IMG/VR virus record: IMGVR_UViG_3300020220_000121 | Location: 1-41,545 of that record | DNA: 41,545 nt | Source of the DNA: a virus | Taxonomy: Duplodnaviria; Caudoviricetes | Direction: 5' to 3' (one strand) | Shown here: piece by piece, positions 26,101 to 38,100 of the stretch | Layout of the letters: every line of letters begins with the position of its first letter | How positions within the stretch are numbered: position 1 is the stretch's first letter | The notes under the pieces: generated by a model | What the model saw: only the letters and a program-made list of their open reading frames with translations | What the model was told of the DNA's origin: nothing | The model's database searches: none | Translations under genes and position numbers: made by a program

Positions 26101-29100
26101 CTTAAAAGGTTTGCTTGGTCACGATAGTCAAGCATGTCCATCAACATGGCAACCTGCATACCCGCTTGCTTTTTATTAAGCTTTCCTGAGTTCTTGATCA
26201 TGTCAACCATATCAGAAGACTTATATGAACTATAGTCATCTCGTAAAGCTTTGAACCTATTCATTGTCCTTGTAGGATATTCATCCACAGGAATAACCAG
26301 ACCGGTAGCCTGCTCATAATACTTTTTAGCTGCCTTTAAAACTACTTCATTGAAATACAAGTAGTTATCATTTACTTCTGATACATAAGTCCGATTTGTA
26401 TCACGAGCTTTAAAGAAGTCATCTATAGCTGGTTGATTAAAGAAAAGAGCAACGTTCTCCTGACTGACCCCGCGTTTGGTCAGATAGAACCAGGTACTTG
26501 CTGTTTCTAGGTTAAGTCTCAGCTCATATATAAATGGATCCTTGGCAGCATCCACAGATCCAGACAATGTCTCTGACAACAGGTCAAAAATAAACTGACT
26601 CTCAGAGTCTATAGTTAGATCTAGCTTAAGTGTATTGCTATTTGGCAGTTTAATATTTACGTTCTTGGTTTGACCATCGCTATTTTTGTAAGAACCAGAT
26701 AGCTCTATCTCACCTATTTGTGCCATTGTGTGTGAGGTAATCTGAAGAGCCCCTACACCAACAAGCTGTTTTGATGTAACAAAAGTTTCACGAGTTTCAG
26801 CCATTGATCTCCACTCTGAAAGTTTAGTCATATCATTTTCCACCTGACTAGTTCCACGAAGAGATATAATCATCTCAGAAATACTCTTCAAACGAGCTGT
26901 TGAGTTTGGAACAAGAAGCTGCCTACGGTTAGAAGGATGTTCAATAATAGACTTCATTATTTCTATAAGCCTATTCTGAAGTGACTTCTTACTATTTTGT
27001 TTGCTAAGAGGAAGTTTAGAAAACTCCTCTAATGACTTCAACCCATTTAGACGAGCCATTTCTTTGGCCATATCTAAGTATATGGACTGCATCTCTTCTG
27101 AATTGCTTTCAACCAAGTCAACTATAGAAAGCTGCTTGTTTGACTTTATCATGTCTCGGAGTTCAGATTTACGATTCCTAAACGTGTCTAGTATATTCTT
27201 GTAATGTTTTTCAATAAGTTCCTGCTTAAATCCAAGTACATGAAGTTCCTCCTGGTACAACTTTATCATGTTGTCTAGTGTAGAATTATCATCCGTAAAT
27301 ATGTCAGACTCACGCATCATAACAGCATGCTCTAGATAAAGCTGTATCTCACGAGGTCCTTTTATATCTTGGGCAATAATATGATTCTTAACATTTACAA
27401 ATGTAGCTCTAGTTTCATCAGTAAGATTCCAGTAGTGTTTCTTACCTGAAGCAAATAAATCCTTAAAGTGCTGATCTGTATCTTTTTCAATGGTCATAAG
27501 ATTTTCCTTTGACTCACGGTAGTCATTGTACAAGGAATTCTTCCGACTCTTATAGTTGGTGTCAGCTTCTGTATTGATTCTATCAAGCTCTTTTTTAAAG
27601 TTTTCGCGTAGGGAAGCACGTTCATCAGCACTAAGAGCATACATCAGTTTACGTAGATCCTCATCTACAACACGGTTTACATAGTTGATATAACGTTCAT
27701 TAAGCTCGTTTTCAGATGTTGAATATTTTACATACACTAACTCCCCGTTACGACCAATCTTATAATTAGCCAAGAACATGTTGAGTTTATCTATGTCGAA
27801 GTCAGTTCCAGACTTTCCTACGATTTCTGATGGAACTACAACGATATCACCATAGCTTGGGTCTAAGAATCCCTTTATACGGATAGATTCAATAGCATTA
27901 AAGCCTTGAGTAGGAATACGGAAACCTATTGCCGTTAGCAATGTTTCCATAGCCTCAGGAGAATTTGGCGTCCATATGCCTTCTTTTAAACTAAAGCCCG
28001 CCTTTTCAGGAGATATCCCTTCAAAATACCAGGGGATGTAAACTTCCATATAACCATTCTCACCATCATAAAATTTAAGATCACCTGAAGAAAGCATAAC
28101 TGTTTTCTTTTCTTTAGCCGTAAGCTTCTCAAAATCAGTGACTTGCTCGTATTTGTCGTTCTTTAAATATACAAGATTACGTTTTCCTTTCTCCCACATT
28201 GTAGAGGCCACTTGCACAGATGACTTACCAAACATCTCCATTCTGATTATGCGGGTATCCACCATGGCTTGAAGAACAAACTCTATACGTTCTCTGGCAG
28301 GATTAGCATCAAAAGGATACTTTAGCTGCTCACCTAAATCTTTTACAAAATAGGTATCCATCATGTCTATAACATTGTCTGGCATACCTCTGCGAATAGC
28401 TTGCTCACGCATCGTGCTCATCATTTTGCTGAGATCTTTAGAAGTATATACACCATCTTGCTCATTTAAACCAAGTTCATTCAGCAACTGTTCCCTTTCT
28501 CTTAAAATCAGTTCATCTATTACTGCCATGTACTCTTCCTTAAATGGTTCAAGTTCTTTTGGAAGATTGGATAAAATGATCTTACGAACCTGGCTACCGA
28601 AGATAACCATATACCTCGCATAAGATGGTATCTCAACTTGAATACCTACATACTTAGATATGATATCCAGCTGTTTAGGTATAGCACTATTCACAGACCC
28701 GTCTTGATTGTACATACTTACCAGGGACCCATCAGGGTTTGTAACAGCCCCAACTTTATGTCCACTAATGAAATTAATTACGTCTGTACCTGTATTCTGT
28801 GCATCTATATACTTAGCAAGCATTGTAGGATTATGCTTAACTCTATTCCAAGTAAGTGGAAACACTGAGTTCTTAAGCATGTTCACGTGAGTCATGCCAG
28901 GAGTCATGGCAAAACCAAAACCCTGTGGCTTCAAAGGTTGTAGTACAGCATCAGGTTTTGGCTGAGCAAGTATCTCACGAGCCTTTTGAACTTGATCATC
29001 CTGATATCTTTTATGATAAAGGTGATTAGGATCATTACGGTCTACAATCTCCTGAGCATTTTCATAGTTCAACAAATCTTCCTGATCCTTTGTCAAACTG

Positions 29101-32100
29101 CTAGACAGGTACAAAAGATCACGGAAGTAATCCGGCATAATATAAGACTGACCATCAGACTCAGTTATATTGGCATAAGAAACCAATAATGATCCTTTCT
29201 TAATGTTTAATTTCTCAAGCTTGCCATCTTTGGTAAATAATGCACCAAGCAGATCCTCTGCCTTTTGCTTTCCTATAAAAGGCTCAAAGCCTTTAAACAG
29301 TGCTTCTGCAATGGAAGTAAGCTTCTGACTAATTATTTCTGGATCATCATAAGTAAGAGATTTCACCACAGGATGCTGTGTATCTCTGGTTCTTCCATCA
29401 TAGCGAGGCTTGGTCTGATTCATAAGATTTATGACATCAGTATTTTCCGACACAGAGTTCTTTTGAGAGTTAGCACCACCGGAACGCTTAGCAAGCTCTT
29501 TATACAAAGCAGGATGACCATAAAAAAGTTTATGCTGTTCAAATACAGCAAGTTGACGGTTTACAGTTAAAAAGGTAACAAGTTGATCATATCTTAAATC
29601 ATTCATACTCAATACTTCATCTCTCATTAAGATATTATCTGCAGGAATAGATAGAGTATTATACTTACCGGTTGCTTCATCTTTTATCACAATCTCACGG
29701 CTCAACAACCATTGTTTATGCTCAGCTACCTGGGCATTAATATATTTTCTTATAGCACCTTCATTCCGTACTGTACTTACAAAGTTATCAGCTACTGTAT
29801 TATATAGCTCCTCAACAGCATCACGCTTCATCTTTTTAGTAACCTTGGTACTCTTTACCAGGTCATTGAAATAGTTCTGTAGTTTAGAACCTCTTTCATC
29901 ATTAGTAAAACCAAGAATGCCTGAGAAATGCCCAAGCATCAGTATTCTATTTTGATGATCTTTAATATGATTTGGAGAAAAATGAAAGGTCAATGCATGC
30001 ATAACCTCATCACGCAAAGCATCTAGGTACTTATCTTCTATAAGCCTTATATTGTTTATATCATCCGGCTTTATAAAATAACCCATATTAATACCAAACT
30101 CAGATGATTTATCAGAGTTAATAATACTGAAATAAGTACCCCTCATGATATGATATATCTCTTGGGTAATCTTGTCACTGAAGGTTAGGTTATCAGTGTT
30201 ATCCCCCTCATTGGTCTGGTCAGATGCCAAACCTTGGATGTACTCATACTTCAAGGTTTTAAGTTCACCTGTCTGACGATCAAATATCTTATTACCCTTA
30301 GCATCAAAGAATAGACCACCAGGCTTCAAGATTTGAGACCTCCTTTGATAAGGATTCAATACAATGACACCGTTATTAACCGTTCCGTACTGAGGATTAG
30401 AAGCAATAAACTCCTCAAGAGTTTCAACACCTGCCATTGAGTTAATAATGTTTGTTATCTCAGAAGGCAGTGTTATTGCATACTGAGTTTTACCATCAGG
30501 TGTCAAGTGAGATAGCAAGGTATCTTCACTACGAAGATTAGCTTCTATAGCAAGAAGTGAGTTTAAAGGCCCCTCAACCGTTTTACGGTCAAAGAACTCA
30601 CTATACATGAAAGGTATAGTCTTAAGCTTACGATCTTTAAGAACGCCTCTCATACTATTAAACGCACTTTCAATATCACTTTGGTCAGCCCCTGACAGTC
30701 TTTCTGAAGGAACAGAAAACTTAATACCCAAACGAGATAAAGCCTCTAGCTTTTCTCTAAAGTTGGATGCATTCAAAGCAATCTCAAGCTTTTTGCTTTG
30801 GAGGTTTACCTCTATAAATCCTCCTGGATTAATGTAGATCAGATCTGCACTAGCCAAGTTATTTATATCAGACTTAAGAGCTTTGTCTTTTACATTACTC
30901 CTCCACTCTTCTTTAATTTTTTGAACCGTATTTACAGAAATGGCATCCACATGACGTAGTCTTCCATCTTTACCTACAATAACCTTCAGAGGAATATTTC
31001 TGTTACGATTAAATGCATTTTCAAAAGCAAGGAGCAGTCTGAGCTCATCGTCTGTAAGTCTTTGACCTTCTTTTAGTTGATCATATTTAAGACGCTTTAA
31101 CATCTTAGAAATCCACTCAAACCCAGGCTTGAATCTGGACTTGTGAACTGGATCACTATATTTATCTGTTAGCTTCTGAACCATACTATCCAGTGCACTG
31201 ACAGAATTAAATGTTCCATCTGCCTGTTTCTTTTGTACAGGAACTATGTTACTAAGCTCATTTAAAAGAATATTCATCTTGCGTTTATATGCAACAAGAC
31301 TAGTCAAACCAAGCTGGTTCTTTTCTTTATCTATTACTTTACCGTCAACATCTTGTTTGTCTGATGTCAAGGATAAAATGAGCAATCTTACCGAAGGGTT
31401 GGTCAATGTAGTAGGATCAATGTATATAGTATCCTTTAAGTTGAAAGAGTTAGCCAGTTCTTCTTTGTTAATCAGCTCTTCTATAACATCTTCATTTAAA
31501 TTGCCAATAGGAGAGGAGGCATAAAAGTTCTGGTCATCTGCCTTTACTTTGCTGAATGACAACCCAAAATGAGTGAGATATCTTTTGAATTGATCTTTAA
31601 CCTCTGTATTGAATGTCTTCAAAACAGCATCTTTCATTTCAAATAAAGGGTCCTGACCATTCATCCAGGCTTTATACTTGCGGATTTCTTCAGTCTGGCG
31701 TTCTGAACTTTCACCCTGAAACTTCTCATTGTTTAAAATAACCTTAAGACCCGGGTTGAAAGTATTAAATACCTTATTGTAAGTCTTCTTGTAGTATTCA
31801 TCAAATAGTTTGTTGTTCTTATCAAACAACTGCTGTATATTGAAATCATTACTATATAACAGATCAAAGAAGGTTGCTGTCATACCTTCCATAAGAGCTT
31901 GTGTAAACTCTACAGACGTGTCCTTTATAGCTTTGTTGTTTTTTAACGTTGGATCATAGCTTGGAAGAATACTTTGATTCTTGAACCCACCAGAAGCTAT
32001 TTTAGAAAATACAGATTGTATTCTGGTATCAAGCTCCTGCTTTATATCACCAAGACCCAAAAGTTCTTTGATAAAGTTCCAAAGTTTTCTAAACCAGATA

Positions 32101-35100
32101 TTGCGTTTAGGAGACTGCTGCTTGATATTAGCTCCACGGTTAAGCATATAGTCTCTAAACTCCTCAGCCAAAGCTTCCTTTATACGACCAGATTCAGAAC
32201 GGTATGGATAGTTTGCTACAGCCCATTTATAATGGGATTGAGTATTCCATTCAGGACGATTTTTATACTCAGCAATCATTGCCTGCTGTTGCTCAGAAGT
32301 TAAAAGAGCATTCCATACAGCTTCAAAAGCTTCATGGAAACCAGTACCAGCTTCTGCATTTTCATACAGTCTAACAGAACCATTATAAAACTGGCCCATA
32401 TAGCGACCATCTATCAATGAATCAAAGACATCAACCATAAACTGAGGCAATGTTTCTTTCATCCACTCTTTAAACTCAGCTATATCTTCCTTAGAGACCG
32501 CCTCGGGGTTGTTTACACGAGCGTTTGGATCTACATCATTATCTTCCTGGATGGCATTTTGAGCCATCCTTAAATACTCACTAGCGTCATCAGTTTTTCC
32601 TTTTAAAGCAGCTAGTTCTGCATCATACTTTTTAAGAAGTTCTAAAAACTTTTCAAACTTTTCTCCGCCTTTCTCATCAACAACCTTATCTGTTTCAGAC
32701 TTAATAGAATTAAGCTTATTTACAAAATCTTTTCCTAATGCAGTTTTAGCACTGGTAATTATTTGTTCTTGTGATAAAGGTTTACCCACTATTTCATAAT
32801 CACCTGTTTTATCATTAAATTTAGCCACAACCCATCTACCAGTATTATCAATAGTGTAACTGCCCTTCTCTCCAGTTTTATTATTTTGAATTCTTATTGT
32901 ATATTCTAAGTTTCCACCTGTTGGTAGAAAAGTTTCTAATACTTTGTAATCAGAAACAGAAACTACACTATTTGCCTGCTGAGTTTTGGCCTTGTATTCA
33001 GTACGGAGCTGCTTTTGAAAGATATCACTAAACTCATCCAAAGATAAAGGTGACTCACCATTAGCTTTGGTATAAGATACATAACTATCATATTTGTCTG
33101 CTACAAAAGCATCAAACTTGGGATCTTCTACAGGAACAGAAGCAACAGGTACATCTACCGTAGCAACTTTCGTAGGTGTAACAACTTTATTGCCTTTATT
33201 GGCAAAGTCCTCTATACTAAAAAAAGTACTGGTTAATTGTGATATAACATCATCCTGTAAATTCTTCTTATCTGCAGTTACAACACTAAGCAGTTGATCA
33301 TCTGCATAACTAATAATAGAGTTTATTCCCTCCTCATTAGCTGACACCAAATTAGCTAGGTTAGTAAAATCAGTCCCATTTTCATCCACTATCTGAGTGA
33401 CCTTGTATTTACCATTAACATATTCAGCATGAACATATAAATTAGTAGTACCATCTGCTCTCTTTCTTACAAAAGTAAGCTTTGGACCTTTGGGAATATT
33501 ATTGGTAATAGTGTACATAACATCCCCATTTGGAAGCTTGGTTGAGGATTGGTTAATTCCATATGTCTTGATTCCTCCTGCAGGAACATCTGCTTTTGGT
33601 GCATCATTAGCAACTACTGGTGCTTCCTCCTCCAATATACCAGTTGTTCCATATTTTAGGTAAACGTTTTTAAGCTGATAATCTTGAGGTTCAATATTGT
33701 CTGCTTTGGGTGCTGTATAAGGTTTAATGTTTGTGTATATAATTGAACCGCCTTCACGATCAGCAAGAAGGTAATGTTGATAATTAACATACTTAGTACC
33801 AGGTATTATTTTGCCATCAATTACCTTGATCTCCGTAAAAGCATTGTTAGCCTTCTTATCAGAAAGCATTGTGTTGTTAACTTTATGATAAGGTACAGCC
33901 TCAAGTATGGCGTTACGATTATTTTCAATACTCTCCGCAGTAAACTCAATCTTGTTATTTCCAAAATGCAAACCATTCTTTACCCACATCTGAAAAGAGT
34001 AGGGAGCAAATCCTTCTTTTGGAGAAAACCAGTGTGCTACACCTTGGAGATATTTTATACCTAATTGGAACTCAGTATCTTCATCAGGACTCATAAGATC
34101 TAAGGCCTTCATTTCAAAGAGCTCAGCCATACGTTTAAGAACATTAATCAGATTATCATGCTCTTGTTCATTAAACTTTCTGTTATATACAAGAATGCTA
34201 CTATTAGGATCATTCTCTTTGACCATTAGCAGCCTACCGGCTCTTACTTTACCACCATTAAATGTGGATACAGTCAATTTTACAGATGACCCATCGGGGT
34301 GGCGAAGGTTAGAAAAATCAGGATTATTTTCAATAAGTCTTCCTTGTAGAGAAAGCTCCTGGGGAAGAAGATCCCCTGAGTCAGTAATCCCCAAAGGCTC
34401 TCTATTAAAAATGCCAGGTGATTTATCCTCTATAGGTAGAAATACAGGTTCATTATTTTTGATACGTTCCTTTACAGTCTCGCGAAACTTTTTGAATCTA
34501 CTGACTATAGCCAAGGCTTCATTATCAGAAAGCTTATTCTTATTTACAAAGTTCTTTTTTAACCAAGACAGTATCATTGCCGTATCTGAAGACATCAAAC
34601 TAGGATGACCCAGCATGGCAGTATAGATCATGTTATCCTTGGTAGGATTTTCAAGTATATTGCCTGCAACATCTACTGGACGGAATACCCCTGAGCTGTC
34701 TCTTTTGACCACAACCAATCTGATATCATCATCATAGTTAACAGTGTTACCGTTCTCCTGCCAACTAGTTATCCTAAGATCCTGAAACTCTTTTGAATCC
34801 TTGGTAATCGGCATAAAGTAGTAGACAGTACCATTATTATTTCTTAGTGTAGTTCCTTCAGTAAATTTGAAATAACGAGCGTCCTCTGGAGAATTCAGCT
34901 CGGTATCTTCTAAGTCAGCAAAATGCAGACCTGCCGATTTAAACAAAGCTGTTTCAGAAAGAATAGGTATTCTTCCTTCTACTGTAATAAAGCTATCCCT
35001 TTCATTCTGACTATCGGGAATAATGTCTTCAATTACCTGAGTTGTTAATATAGCATCAGGTCCTTTGATAAGATCATCAGCTACAGGATTACTTCCTACA

Positions 35101-38100
35101 GAAATAATTATCTTATTGCCTTCTTGTTTAACACCAGCCCGCTCCCTGCGTATCTTGTACTGACGAATAATCTCGTTCTGTATAAGATCATACATTGATA
35201 TACGTTTCTTAGCTTGGGCAATTCTATCTCGATCTTCCTTTGCAGTGTATAACCTAAGAAGCTTCTCTTCAGTAGCTTGCAGATTGTTAAGTATGTCATT
35301 AAGTTCACGCCTATATTTACCATATCTATCTGCAATATCAAACAGATATGCGGTCTCAATAGAGTCGGCCTTTTTGACCAAAAGATTAATTACGTTTTGT
35401 ACGATCTGTTTTTTATCAGGATTGCTCTCCTGACGTTTGATCATATTCAACTGAAGAAGAAGTTGCTGTTTGTCATCAATGTTCTCAAGAGCATCAACTA
35501 TATCAGGAACCTGGTCAAACTTGCTTAGTTTGTTTAAACGGTCAAGAAGATCGTTAAGTACAGCTATCCGCTCGTTTAATACAGCAATTTCACCCTCTGT
35601 ACTAGCAATCATCTGATCGAGCTTCTCATTAGATATGTTTCTTTTGGGCTTAATAATCTGATTCTTCTGCTCTAACTGATTAATCTCCTGAGTCAGTTCC
35701 TGAGGAACAATGCTGCCTGTCTGGTCTCTTGTATATGGAACACCGGTTGACTTAAGCTCAGTAATACCAGCATCATAAGCTTCATAGATCTTTTCTATAG
35801 TATCTAACTCTTTCTGCAGGTTCTCTATTTCAGTTTTATATGACTTAATAGCATCTTCAGTCTTAGCAATCAATCCTACAAGCTTTTGCTGAGCTTCCTC
35901 AAGACGCTTTCTTTCTTTGGTCTTGGCTCCTTTTTGTTTTTTGGGAGGAAGCTTAGCAATATCCTGCTGGATTTGGTCCATCTCTGTGAGATAGCCAGCC
36001 AGTTCTTCCCTGAGGGCAATATACTTTTGTTCGTTTTCTTTCTTTTGCTCAGATACGCTATCAAACTTTTGAATTAGTTCATCTAAAGCTTTGCTTAGAA
36101 TATCTATTTGAGTCAGTCTTCTTTTCTCATTGGATCTTTTAAAGTACTCTTCCTCAGACTCCGTTAAGTCAAAGAGACTGCTTTTGTTAGAACCATACTT
36201 CTTAATATAATCATTGTTATACTCAAAAGAATCAGTTTTACCTGTTACCGGATTTGTATAGACAACTCTTAATATATATTCAGAAGGTTGTTCTTGAGGA
36301 GCTGTTTCATAACTTGAAGTTCCGGTTTCTTCATCAAATACCAGAACTGGTTCATTACTTTGTGGCTGTTCCTCTTTTGAAAGTTCAAGCCTTGCCTTTA
36401 CAACAACCCCACTAGATGAGTAGTCTTTGTTTGCATGAGGTCCTAATATGAGATGCCTCTTACCAGAGTTAGCACGGACATTCAAATCAAAAACCATATT
36501 TCTGTTACGGAAATAAATACGTTGCTCGGGAGTTAACTTATCCATCGGATACAGTTTCCCAATTGCTGCAAATTCCTCATTGGAGAGATTTATCACCTCA
36601 CCATCATTGTTTACTGTAAAACTTACAGAGTCATCATTAATATTTACAATTTTGATGATATCTTGTCTATATACGATAGTTTTAACACTGCGTCCCTTGT
36701 AAACTCTTGATTCAGGTACAGACTGAGTAATATACTCTTTACCTTCTTGTATACCAAGTTCTTTATTTACCTTATCAGATTGATTATCAAGTTTATTTAC
36801 TTCTTCCTTTAATTTCTTTTCCTCCTCTTCTCTTTTTTTCTTAAGACCATTTATAATATCTACTTCAGCTTTATGCTTTGCTATAAAATTATTCTTACCG
36901 TTTTTATTGTCAGCATAGAAAGCCCATGCTAATCCTTGAGACTTAATCTCATTTAACATCTGACCTTTTTTCTGCAAGTATGCATCAAGAAACTGTCTAG
37001 TTAAAGAGTCATTACGTTCTTCTTTTTCATAGAGATAAAATCCATCTTTGTCTTTTTTCAGATCTGACACAGTTGTCTCATTATCTTTTAACAGTTTATC
37101 ATAGGTCTGATTAAGCTCTTCCAATAAGGTTTCATAAACACCCATTGGTGCAGCTTTGTCTTGACCAGATGTTTTCAGATAGTCAACAAGTTCCTTTTGG
37201 AACTCCATACGATAAAGCAGCTGATTAAGCTGATCTACCATACCATCAGAGAGTGAAGAGTTTTCTGAGTTAATAAACTGATTCTTTACTTCAGACTCTT
37301 CTGCTTCAATAATAGGAAGCTGATGTTTAGCAACAGCTTGTTTTGCTGCAAGATTTGTCAAGAAATACTTACGAGCCTTATCTTCTCTAGAGTTATCAAA
37401 CAGTATACTTTCATTAAGTATTTTGTTCTGCTTGATAATTGTTGAAGCTAAGCTCTTATGCTTTTCAATATCTGATTGGAAGTTTTCATCTGCAACAAAA
37501 CCAAGCTTAGCTAGATCTTCAGGACTTGCTGTTTTAAGAGAGTCCAGTTTATCCATCAAAGTACTTTCTAATCCTGAATTTATATGTGCTTGAACAAACT
37601 CAGAGAAAGCACTAAGTCTAAGATAGTCTCTTGTGTATTTGTTCTTAGTGTTATCAGCATCAGTCAACATATCAGATGTTGTCTGTATACCAGTTACTAC
37701 AGAGTTAAGTTTCTCTTCATCTATAACAGGTTGATTGTTTTCATCTAACACAACTCTGTTAGAAATAATATCATTACCGTTTGAGTCTTTTGATTTAATC
37801 TCTTCAGTCTTATATATATTTCCAAACTTAAGCCAGTTTTCTTGAGCATCGGTATATGCTCGTAGTGCAGCTTCAGAGTTTAGTTTCTGCTGTGCTCTTT
37901 CCCCTCTACTAAATAATAAGTTAGATCCACCACCAAGAAGACCACCAAGACCAATGTTCATTGAAGCCTCAGGATCGTCTCCTTTAATAGCAGCAACTGT
38001 TTGCGTACTATACTGATCAAATAAATCACGGAAGTTATTTAACTCAAAGAAAGAAGAAACTTTACCCTGGCTACCGTATCTTTCATTAATACGTTGTATA

